Shown: positions 17,769 through 26,455 of the stretch, one piece after another
Layout of the letters: every line of letters starts with the position of its first letter
How positions within the stretch are numbered: the first letter of the stretch is position 1
Source: Myxococcota bacterium
GTDB lineage: Bacteria; Myxococcota; UBA4151
Direction of reading: 5' to 3'
Length of the DNA: 64,000 nt
Assembly (NCBI GenBank): GCA_040260805.1
Contig: JBDQPD010000001.1
Location: 4,802 to 68,801, forward strand
The notes under the pieces: model-generated
Told to the model about the DNA's origin: nothing
What the model saw: only the letters and a program-made list of their open reading frames with translations
Databases searched by the model: none
Position numbers and translations under genes: made by a program

Positions 17769-20700
17769 ATGGGTTTCGCGCACCTTAACGTCAAAACTGG
17801 ATTTTCGTTTTTAGAGGGCGCTGTTCCGCTGGAACAGCTGTGCGAACGGGTTAAAGATCTCGGCATGGAATCGGTTGCGGTGACCGATAAAGGAAACCTT
17901 CACGGCGCCTACGAATTTTATAAATCAGCGAAGAAGGCAGGCATTAACCCTGTCCTTGGTTGTGAGCTGCAGCTCTTGCCCGAGGGGATTGCGATCGATG
18001 ACCGCAGCACCCGACACGACACCTATGCGATCACGTTACTCGCCGCTAACGACACCGGCTGGCGAAACCTCAAAGAGCTGGTCTCGAAGGCTTCTTTGCT
18101 CGGTTATTATTATGTGCCGCGTATCGACTGGCTTACGCTCAAAGAGCACTCTGAGGGATTGATCGCTTTATCGGGCGGCTTAGGTGGTCTGGTCTCACGA
18201 ACGTGGCACGGGTGGCACGGACCGCGCTCGAAGCGTCGAGCATCGAAAAATCGATATCCTGATGAAGCGGGTCAAGCGGTAAAGAAGCTGTCGAGCCTCT
18301 TTAGCCCAGGCGATTTCTATCTAGAGTTCCAAGATACTGGATTGCCCGAAGAGCCTGAGTTCAATGAGTTTTTGTGGGGCCTCAAGGAGCAGCTCGCGCT
18401 CCCTGGTGTAGCGACTAATAATTGCCACTATCTCGATCAAGATGACGCTGAGGCGCACCGCTATTTGATGTGCATTCAGTATCGAACCACGATCGATAAA
18501 TTCGACGGACCTGAGATTACGGGTCGGTACCTGAAAGATGAGCAAGCGATGGCTTCCGGGTGGTTCGCTGAGCACCCCGAGCTGGTTCAGGCCTCCCTTG
18601 AGATCGCTAACCGCTGCTCGGTGACGATGGAGCTCGGCGTCAACTATCTGCCCCCCTTCCCATGCGCTGACGGTCGCAACGAAGAAGAAGAGCTAAGGCA
18701 CAGCGCCCGCCAAGGTCTCAGCAAAAGGTTTGAAGAGCTCAAAGCGACGGGCGCCTACACCTTCGACGAAAACACCTATCACGAGCGGCTCGACCATGAA
18801 CTTGGGATCATTGAGTCGATGGGGTTCCCCGGTTATTTTCTGATCGTTCAAGACTTCATCAACTGGGCTAAGGACCACGGAATTCGCGTCGGGCCGGGGC
18901 GCGGCTCTGGTGCTGGCTCGCTGGTGGCTTGGGCGCTGAGAATTACTGATTTAGACCCCTTGCCTTATGATCTCCTGTTTGAGCGATTTCTCAATCCCGA
19001 GCGCGTCTCGATGCCTGACTTTGATGTCGACTTTTGCCAAGAACGACGAGGCGAGGTGATCCAGTATGTGACCGAGAAGTACGGCTCGGATCGTGTCGGT
19101 CAGATCGCAACCTTCGCGCGCTTGGGCGGTAAGTCGGTGATCAAAGATGTGGCGTCAGTCCTCGATATGCCCTTCGCTGAAATCAACGATATGACGAGGA
19201 ATATCCCGGCGTTTCATGAGGGGTTACCGGTGACCCTGACGCCGAAGATGCGCAGCGTAGAAGGGGTCAGTATTGTTGATGGTCGCCTCGTCGGCGAGGC
19301 CGGAGCCGTGTCGGACGCTCGCAAATCATGGGGTTTGTTCGAGGTGTCTAGTGAGCTGCTTGAGCAGCTCCAGGCTGGCGGTAAACTCAAGAAAGTCTTT
19401 GATATAGCGACTCGCCTTGAGGGGCTTTACCGTCAGGCGGGCACGCACGCGGGTGGGGTGCTGATCGGTCGTGAGGTGTTGACCGAGTATACCCCGGTGT
19501 TTTCGACCTCAAGCGGCGGTCAGGCGGCGCAATTTAACATGGAAGGCGTTGAGGACGTCGGCTTGGTTAAGTTTGATTTCCTCGGGCTAAAAAATCTCGA
19601 CATCATCACCTACGCCGAAGATTTAGTGAACGAAGAGGTCCAGCAAGCCAATCAAGGAACCCAAGAGGACCGGGCAGCCTTGATTGAGCGGTTTCCGCAT
19701 CTGCGCGGTCTAGACCCGAGCAAGCCGCTTGATCTTCTGGATGTAGACCTGGTTCCTTTAGATCACCTCGAGCCCTACCAGTTGATCTCTTCGGGAGACA
19801 CTAACGGCGTCTTCCAGCTCGAGTCCGACGGTATGAAATCGATGCTGGTGGAGCTTAAGCCCGATTGTTTTGAGGACATTGTGGCGGCTGTAGCCTTGTA
19901 TCGCCCTGGGCCGATGGATCAGATCCCCGATTATATTAAGCGCAAGCATGGGCAGCTCGCCATTGAGTATCCCCACACTGCGCTCGCCGAAGTGCTCAAG
20001 CCCACCTACGGTCACATGGTGTATCAAGAGCAGGTGATGCAAGCCGCTCAAATCATGGGAGGTTACACGCTTGGCGGCGCTGATATCTTGCGCCGCGCCA
20101 TGGGTAAAAAGAAGCGCGAAGAGATGGAAAAGCAGCGCCTGATCTTTACCAAAGGCGCTCTTGAAATCCATGAGCTACCTGGCGCTAAAGCGGGCAAAAT
20201 CTTTGACGTCATGGAGAAGTTTGCTGGGTACGGGTTCAACAAGAGCCATGCGGCTGCATATGCCAAAATCGCGTATCAAACCGCCTATCTAAAGCAGTTC
20301 CACCCGGTCGCATTTTATTGCGCTCAGGTGACCGTTCATCACAACACGACCGAAACCGTGACCAAGTACCTGCGTGAAGCGAGCGATAAGGGCATCAAAA
20401 TCCTACCGCCTTGCGTCAACGCTTCTGCCTACGGATTTAGGCCCGAAGGTGAGCAAGCCATTCGCTTTGGCTTATGCGCAGTCAAGGGCGTCGGTGACGC
20501 GGTTTTGAACCGGTTGTTTTCGGAGCAAGATAAAACGAAACCTTTCATCGGCTTGCTTGAGCTCGTTGAGCGCTGCGGACCGCGTGAGCTGCCGCGCAAA
20601 GCTACTGAGTTGTTGGTCGATGCTGGTGCTTTGGATTTCTGCGGCGCGTCGCGGCGTCGTTTGGTGAGCAGTTTAGAGACGGTGTATCAGCGAGCCGGCA

Positions 20701-21530
20701 ACACCTGCTCTGATCGCGAGGCGGGCCAGTTTAGCTTCTTTGAGATGGGCGCAATGGATGGGGGCACAGCCTCGGACCCGGACGAGTGCTTGATTGAAGA
20801 GCGCCTCGAATGGCCAGATCGCCTGCGCCTGGCTCGAGAGCGAGCCGTGCTCGGCTTCTTCCTTTCGGGGCATCCAACGACCATATACCAAAAGGCATTT
20901 AAGCGCTTAACGACCTGTCGTTGTTCTGATCTAGCCACCCTTTGGGAGCCTGAGAAGGGCTGGGGAAACAAGCGTAAAACCGCTACACTCGCTGGGGTTA
21001 TTGTCGCGCGCGACATCAAGAATATAGCGACCTATAGTGGTGGACCCAAAGAAGACACGGTGATCCCAAGACGTGCGTTCATTACCATCGAAGACACCTC
21101 TGGTCAGGTTGAGATACGTCTTGAGCCAGAAGTCTTTGGTCAATTCGAAGAGTTGATCAAATCTGATGAACCCTTGGTCTTTTCGGGCAACCTGATGGCG
21201 CGCAAGTCAGGCGGCGGAGATGATGGCGAGGAGCAGCTGCAAGTTGGCCTCCGGGTCAACCAGGTCCACCGCGCCTTCGAGGTCTTTGAACAACAGCGGA
21301 TCCCCTTCGTTTTGAGGCTCGATTTAGAGCGTCACACTCCGGACGATATTGAGGGCCTAAAAGCGCTGTGCCGACGCTTCCCTGGGAGCATGCCGCCAGA
21401 GTTTAGGATTCGTGGTAACCACGGCCGTCTGCGCCTGCTCGCCGCCCATGAATTGAGCGTCGCCTGCCACCTCGAGTTGATGGATGAAGTCGAAGAGTTG
21501 CTGGGCAAAGGGTCTGTGCAGCTCGGCTGA
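17769..21530 (+). CDS. dnaE: DNA polymerase III alpha subunit DnaE
   Basis: 1253 aa. PHP domain N-term (FAHLNVKTGFSFLEGA), Pol III alpha core and OB-fold region. Confidence 0.95.
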   Translation: MGFAHLNVKTGFSFLEGAVPLEQLCERVKDLGMESVAVTDKGNLHGAYEFYKSAKKAGINPVLGCELQLLPEGIAIDDRSTRHDTYAITLLAANDTGWRNLKELVSKASLLGYYYVPRIDWLTLKEHSEGLIALSGGLGGLVSRTWHGWHGPRSKRRASKNRYPDEAGQAVKKLSSLFSPGDFYLEFQDTGLPEEPEFNEFLWGLKEQLALPGVATNNCHYLDQDDAEAHRYLMCIQYRTTIDKFDGPEITGRYLKDEQAMASGWFAEHPELVQASLEIANRCSVTMELGVNYLPPFPCADGRNEEEELRHSARQGLSKRFEELKATGAYTFDENTYHERLDHELGIIESMGFPGYFLIVQDFINWAKDHGIRVGPGRGSGAGSLVAWALRITDLDPLPYDLLFERFLNPERVSMPDFDVDFCQERRGEVIQYVTEKYGSDRVGQIATFARLGGKSVIKDVASVLDMPFAEINDMTRNIPAFHEGLPVTLTPKMRSVEGVSIVDGRLVGEAGAVSDARKSWGLFEVSSELLEQLQAGGKLKKVFDIATRLEGLYRQAGTHAGGVLIGREVLTEYTPVFSTSSGGQAAQFNMEGVEDVGLVKFDFLGLKNLDIITYAEDLVNEEVQQANQGTQEDRAALIERFPHLRGLDPSKPLDLLDVDLVPLDHLEPYQLISSGDTNGVFQLESDGMKSMLVELKPDCFEDIVAAVALYRPGPMDQIPDYIKRKHGQLAIEYPHTALAEVLKPTYGHMVYQEQVMQAAQIMGGYTLGGADILRRAMGKKKREEMEKQRLIFTKGALEIHELPGAKAGKIFDVMEKFAGYGFNKSHAAAYAKIAYQTAYLKQFHPVAFYCAQVTVHHNTTETVTKYLREASDKGIKILPPCVNASAYGFRPEGEQAIRFGLCAVKGVGDAVLNRLFSEQDKTKPFIGLLELVERCGPRELPRKATELLVDAGALDFCGASRRRLVSSLETVYQRAGNTCSDREAGQFSFFEMGAMDGGTASDPDECLIEERLEWPDRLRLARERAVLGFFLSGHPTTIYQKAFKRLTTCRCSDLATLWEPEKGWGNKRKTATLAGVIVARDIKNIATYSGGPKEDTVIPRRAFITIEDTSGQVEIRLEPEVFGQFEELIKSDEPLVFSGNLMARKSGGGDDGEEQLQVGLRVNQVHRAFEVFEQQRIPFVLRLDLERHTPDDIEGLKALCRRFPGSMPPEFRIRGNHGRLRLLAAHELSVACHLELMDEVEELLGKGSVQLG

Positions 21531-21587
21531 TCAAAGCCGTTCCGAAAAACCGATGCTGAGCCCCTGCGCGTCCGGTGGACGCGTGCT

Positions 21588-24500
21588 ATGGTTCGCTTGC
21601 GAGGACCGATGCGTTATCTTTCAGCGCTGCTCATCTTAGCGGTGGGTTGCCTTCCAGCGATGCCTGATCAGCCGACACTTGATGTCGGGGTTGTCGTGGT
21701 CGCACCCGATGCAGGTCGAACCACGGCGCCTCCTCCACCTCCCCCTGATGCGGGCCCTCGAGATATTGGCTTTGGTGAGCTCAGTGTGATTGGGCTAACG
21801 CCGGACAAGGGCCCGTCGACGGGCGGAACAAGAGTTCAGCTGCGCGGCGAAGGGTTTTTACCCGACACCGTGGTCGAGCTTGGAGGGCTTGCGGTTCGCG
21901 ATGTCTTAGTGGTGTCGTCTCGAGCTCTGACCTTTTTTACCCCAGCGGCAGCGCCTGGGGCGGCCGACTTGAGAGTTCAAAACTCGTTCGGAACGGCCGT
22001 ACTAAGCAACGCATTCACCTACTTCCAGCCTCTGCAGCCTCGGCAAATTGATCCCTCAGAAGGACCGCTCGAGGGGGGTGTTGAGATCCGGCTAACCGGC
22101 GAGGGGTTGTCGGTTGATACGGTCGCTTTGATCGGTGGTCAGCCCTTGTTGCGACCGCGCATGGAGGGCGATGATCTTCTCGGGACCTTACCCGCTGGCG
22201 CAGCACCGGGCGTGGTCGATGTGCGCATCGCTGATGGTTTTGGTCAGGTGCACTGGCGCTCTGGGTTTCGCTATTTGCCGCGCCCTTACCTCGAGCGAAT
22301 CGAGCCGAACCAAGCAGCGCCGAATCAAGAACAAGCGCTTCGTCTGCTGGGCGGCGGGCTCTGCGATGAGCCCGAGGTGCGCGTGGGCGGCGCTCAATGC
22401 CAAGACGTAGAGCGCACCACGCAGGGTCTGACCTGTTCGATGACGACGCCAGCGCAGGAGGCAGCCTACGCCGTTCGGGTCATCTGTCCGGGCGGCTCCG
22501 CTGAACTGGTGCCGGGCTTGGTGGTCGTTGCCGACCAAGGCCCCCCCGTATTGCTCGCAGTAGTCCCTGACCATGGCCCTTTATCAGGCGGTAATTCGGT
22601 GACCTTGATCGGCCGTGATTTAAGCGTCGATGATGTGTCTTGGGACGGACAAGCGATCGCCGTGCTTGAGCGGGTTGACAACGGCCTCTTGGTCCAGGCG
22701 CCGGCTCGGCAAGCGGCCGGCTCGGTGTCGGTAGCGGCGGGCGCAGGCGGCACGTTAGAAAATGCCTACAGCTATCGCGACTTGATGATGCTCCGAGGTG
22801 TGGAGCCGGTTCAGGGGCCAGCGACCGGGGGTACCACCGTGACCCTCTTTGGTCAGGGCTTTTGCGCCGAACCTGAGGTCCGCTTTGACGGCATTGAACA
22901 AGAGATACTCGAGGTTGATGGTCGCCAGATTCGCTTGCGCACCGCTGAACATCCTGGGGGCAGGGCAAGCATCGCAGTGGTCTGCCCGGAGCAGACGGCG
23001 AGCCGACATCGAGGGTTCTTGTTTGAGGCGGCCTTGGAGTTTGTCGGGCTCAGCCCAAACCGCGGCGCTTTAGCAGGGGGAACCGAGGTCTACCTGGTCG
23101 GTCAAGGCTTCGCTCGCTCGGGATTGGGCCTGACGCTGGGTGGTCAGCTGTTCTCTGATGTAACCGTCCTCTCGGATGCGCTCGTTCGGGCTCAGACTCC
23201 GCCGGGACAAAGCTTAGGCGCAGTCGATTTGCGTTTGAGTTTAGGTCAAGAGCAAATCGTCGCTCCAAGCGCCTTTACCTATTATGATCCTGGTTTTCGT
23301 TATGGCGGGAGCCGGGGCGGGACCCCTCAAGGTTCGATTAACGTGACGGTGCTCAACTCTTGGGGCCAGCTGGCGCCGGTTGAGGGAGCGCAAGTGGTCG
23401 TAGGCGGCAGCCAGGATGATCAGCGCTTGGTGGCGGTGACCGACGCTCGCGGCCAAGCCACGCTCAGCGACCCAAGCCTGTTTGGTCCCCAGACGGTCAC
23501 GGTCTACAAAGAGGGCTGCGACCGGGCGCGTAGCTTGGTCGACGTTGACGCTGCTGATCTGACCTTTTGGATTGGTTGCATGGGGCCGCCGAGCGAGGGC
23601 GGAGGGGGTGGCACGCCGCCGCCAGCGCCTCAGCCCTTGATTATTTCGGGACGAATTCTCGGCTTCGATAAGGCGCTTTTTGATCCGGGTCGTCTCGGTC
23701 CAAACCAAAGAGCGTTCGCTCAGGTTCATCTAACCCAAAGCTCTCCTTATGGTGGCGGAACATGGGCTAACGGACGGGACTTTGTCTTTGAAGATGGTGG
23801 AGAATACCGGCTGGTTTTAGCCTCGGGTCGTTACACACTGGTCGCAGTCGCTGGGATTCATGACAGCCGGACTCAGCAGGTGAGCGAGCTGACGCAGCTT
23901 GGCTTTAGGCGTCAGGTCAGCGGTCCGCCGGGTGAGCGGTTAGTCGATCAAGACATTGTGCTCAACTATCCCATGGACGCCACCTATGGCGTGAGCCTGG
24001 GTGATCGTCCTGCGCCGCTTCCGTCGTTACCCGGGGCTGACCGGATGAGGGTTCGTGTTGCGCTCGACTTTGGCGGTGAGGGGTATTTCCCCTTAGCCGA
24101 CGAGATGTCTCGGGGGACTTTTATCCTCCTGCGTGGCTTGCCACGGGTTCAGGCTGATATGCTGTATGTGAGCGGTGGTTTGGTCAGCGGTGAGGGTGGC
24201 TATTCACCATCGTCAACGATCCGAACCCGGGGCAGCGGTCGCTTAGAGGGGGGCATCACGCTTGGGCCGTTATTGCCCCTAGCGGAGCGCTTAGCGCCAC
24301 GAAGCGACGGTGGACTTTTGCACGATCGGACGCTGCGGTGGAAGTTCGGGACCGGACCGATTCAGCCTGATTATGTTCGAGTCGATATCGCCGACACGAA
24401 CGGCAACAACTGGGAGTTGATGTTGCGCGGCGGACAAAATAAACTTCGCTTGCCCAACCTACCCAATAGCGAGGTCGGCTTAGGTCGCCCTGGGGTGTAT

Positions 24501-24623
24501 TTCGCTCAGATCACAGCGGTCGCTAACCCGCGGTTTGACTTCGACAACTTCAGCTATCTCGATACCTGGTTCATGAGCTGGCAAGCTCTGAGTGAACGAG
24601 CTGTTTCCTTCCGGCTCGACTAG
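21588..24623 (+). CDS. Large secreted/lipo-protein with multiple IPT/TIG (Ig-like) repeats and a ~400-aa uncharacterised C-terminal region
   Basis: Lipoprotein-like N-term (LILAVGCLP). Repeated ~85-aa units with GPxTGGTxVxLxGxGF and CPxxxxxEV patterns. Pro-rich linkers. Confidence 0.5.
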   Translation: MVRLRGPMRYLSALLILAVGCLPAMPDQPTLDVGVVVVAPDAGRTTAPPPPPPDAGPRDIGFGELSVIGLTPDKGPSTGGTRVQLRGEGFLPDTVVELGGLAVRDVLVVSSRALTFFTPAAAPGAADLRVQNSFGTAVLSNAFTYFQPLQPRQIDPSEGPLEGGVEIRLTGEGLSVDTVALIGGQPLLRPRMEGDDLLGTLPAGAAPGVVDVRIADGFGQVHWRSGFRYLPRPYLERIEPNQAAPNQEQALRLLGGGLCDEPEVRVGGAQCQDVERTTQGLTCSMTTPAQEAAYAVRVICPGGSAELVPGLVVVADQGPPVLLAVVPDHGPLSGGNSVTLIGRDLSVDDVSWDGQAIAVLERVDNGLLVQAPARQAAGSVSVAAGAGGTLENAYSYRDLMMLRGVEPVQGPATGGTTVTLFGQGFCAEPEVRFDGIEQEILEVDGRQIRLRTAEHPGGRASIAVVCPEQTASRHRGFLFEAALEFVGLSPNRGALAGGTEVYLVGQGFARSGLGLTLGGQLFSDVTVLSDALVRAQTPPGQSLGAVDLRLSLGQEQIVAPSAFTYYDPGFRYGGSRGGTPQGSINVTVLNSWGQLAPVEGAQVVVGGSQDDQRLVAVTDARGQATLSDPSLFGPQTVTVYKEGCDRARSLVDVDAADLTFWIGCMGPPSEGGGGGTPPPAPQPLIISGRILGFDKALFDPGRLGPNQRAFAQVHLTQSSPYGGGTWANGRDFVFEDGGEYRLVLASGRYTLVAVAGIHDSRTQQVSELTQLGFRRQVSGPPGERLVDQDIVLNYPMDATYGVSLGDRPAPLPSLPGADRMRVRVALDFGGEGYFPLADEMSRGTFILLRGLPRVQADMLYVSGGLVSGEGGYSPSSTIRTRGSGRLEGGITLGPLLPLAERLAPRSDGGLLHDRTLRWKFGTGPIQPDYVRVDIADTNGNNWELMLRGGQNKLRLPNLPNSEVGLGRPGVYFAQITAVANPRFDFDNFSYLDTWFMSWQALSERAVSFRLD

Positions 24624-24627
24624 CTGG

Positions 24628-25581
24628 TTACTCGACCGAATCGATCCGACTCTGCGCGAGTTCGATGTAGGCCTCGTCGAGTTCAAACCCGAGATAATCA
24701 CGCTCGCTAGCCTTAGCCGCTAGCCCGGTGGTCCCTGCGCCAAAGAAGGGGTCAAGGACCAGGTCACCTCGGTAGGTGTACAGCTCGATCAGTCGCTGTG
24801 GCAGCGCCACCGGAAAAGGCGCAGGATGACCCACGCGTTTGGCGCTTTCGGGCGCAATATCCCACACATCGAGGGTTGCGGCCATGAACTCTTCTTTAGA
24901 GATCGTGTCTTCAAAGGGTAGCCCCAGTTGCTCACGCTTCTTGCGAGATAATGCCCGGTCAAAGCGTCCCTTTGAGGCGATCACAACGCGCTCGGTCACG
25001 TCTCGTAACACCGGGTTAGCGGCGCTCTTGAAGGAGCCCCAAGCGCATGACCCCGAGGCGCCAGCAGCCTTTCGCCACAGGACCTCTCCGCGCAACAACA
25101 AGCCGAGCTCGTCTTGTAAAATACGTGTCACATCGGCGCTTAGGCTGCGGTAGGGCTTGCGTCCTAAATTGGCTATATTGACCGCTATTCGCCCCCCCGG
25201 CTCGAGCACCCTGGCGCATTCGGCGAAGACGTCTCGCAGTAACTTTAAGTAGGCGAGATAGGTGGCGGGTACAGCGCCTTCTCCAAGCGCCATTTCATAT
25301 TCTTTACCGACAAAATAAGGCGGCGAGGTGACGACTAGAGCCACCGAGTTATTCGCCAACGAGCTCATGTCTCGAGCGTCGCCGTGGATGATTTCATTGC
25401 GCCGAGTTGAGCGCTCAAGGTCTTGATCATCCGAGATCGTCGGCGCCGAAAAACGGGCGTAGAAGGCCGAGGCGTCGTGCCCTTCTCTCTTGCCGGTTCC
25501 AAAGTTTTTGGTGGCCGTACTGACGCGTTTGTTTTGGGTCATCGGTGCTGTCCTGCCTGCATCATCGCTCGAGATCAACAA
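24628..25581 (-). CDS. Beta-class (motif IV before motif I) DNA methyltransferase of the N4/N6 family with an SPPY catalytic motif (m4C-like); no cognate endonuclease seen
   Basis: VVTSPPYF (motif IV) precedes DPFFGAGTTGLAA (FxGxG SAM motif I), i.e. PF01555-type order. ~317 aa. Confidence 0.8.
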   Translation of the reverse strand: MLISSDDAGRTAPMTQNKRVSTATKNFGTGKREGHDASAFYARFSAPTISDDQDLERSTRRNEIIHGDARDMSSLANNSVALVVTSPPYFVGKEYEMALGEGAVPATYLAYLKLLRDVFAECARVLEPGGRIAVNIANLGRKPYRSLSADVTRILQDELGLLLRGEVLWRKAAGASGSCAWGSFKSAANPVLRDVTERVVIASKGRFDRALSRKKREQLGLPFEDTISKEEFMAATLDVWDIAPESAKRVGHPAPFPVALPQRLIELYTYRGDLVLDPFFGAGTTGLAAKASERDYLGFELDEAYIELAQSRIDSVE

Positions 25582-25609
25582 TCGAGCGCATCAACACAGC
25601 GGGCAGTCA

Positions 25610-26455
25610 TCATAAGGGCGCGATTTCGTCATCACCGACTTGAATCGTGACGGGGCCAATCCCCAAGCTCACGCCGCCCTTTTCATGACGCTTTTCAACG
25701 CGCCCGATACGCCCGGCAAACAAGCCCACGGTAATCCGTACTCGGTCGCCCTCTTGGAATCGAGATTTCGCTGACTCTTGGCGCTCTGCTTTATGCTCGG
25801 CTAGGGCGCCGCATAGATCATTTTCAGCAGACCATTTAAGAGCCTTAAAAAGGGGATCAAGTCGCTCGAGGTCATGGCTTATCTTATCGACTAAGCCATC
25901 GTCGAATGTCTCGGCTCTCCACCAGACACACCAGCCTTTACCCAGTTCATTAGGTATTATCGATTCGGCAGGCTGCCCCTCGCTGCTGGGTGCTTCTACG
26001 TTGAGCTCGGCGTGCGCATCGCTCAGCGCTTGAAGCAGCGCCATGAGCGCCTTGTCACCTTCAAATGCACCAAGAAATGCATCTAAGTTGCGCCCGTCTA
26101 GCTTGGCTTTTCGGTGCAGGATCATACCCCAAGTCACGCCGCTTTGATCGATCTGAACAAATCGACTCAGATGTTCGTGAAAGGGTAAAACATCCAAAGC
26201 GAAGGGGCTGTTTAGATCGATGGTCGCGCGCTGGCCGTCGGGTCGGATGGCCTGCGAGAACAGCACCATGTTCTGAACTTGGCGCCGGTTCGCAAGACAA
26301 GGCTCGGCGGGTGTGCAGTCCCACTCACCGGTCAAGGTTTGAGCAAAACTCATCATCGCCTCGCGCAGCGCTCGACGATCAAGCGTATAGGCTGCGCTTC
26401 GTTGTTTACTGCGGGTAAACATCTCCACATGCTGCTGGCTTGGTTGCCAACTCAT
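25610..26455 (-). CDS. Hypothetical protein with C-terminal NusG-like KOW domain and novel N-terminal domain
   Basis: C-term FQEGDRVRITVGLFAGRIGRVEKRHEKGGVSLGIGPVTIQV aligns by eye to the NusG KOW ([46 protein letters not shown]). N-terminal ~230 aa unrecognised. 4-nt ATGA overlap with the upstream mltF-like gene. Confidence 0.4.
   Translation of the reverse strand: MSWQPSQQHVEMFTRSKQRSAAYTLDRRALREAMMSFAQTLTGEWDCTPAEPCLANRRQVQNMVLFSQAIRPDGQRATIDLNSPFALDVLPFHEHLSRFVQIDQSGVTWGMILHRKAKLDGRNLDAFLGAFEGDKALMALLQALSDAHAELNVEAPSSEGQPAESIIPNELGKGWCVWWRAETFDDGLVDKISHDLERLDPLFKALKWSAENDLCGALAEHKAERQESAKSRFQEGDRVRITVGLFAGRIGRVEKRHEKGGVSLGIGPVTIQVGDDEIAPL

Noticed and set aside
21545-21570. Hairpin CGCGTCC-GGT-GGACGCG between dnaE and the TIG gene as a terminator
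   Set aside because: No downstream T-tract. It lies within the putative 5' UTR of the next gene and could equally be a regulatory element, so it was not called.
24628-25581. Type II restriction-modification system
   Set aside because: No candidate endonuclease ORF lies on either side. The neighbours are a TIG-repeat protein (convergent) and the KOW protein, so only an orphan MTase is called.
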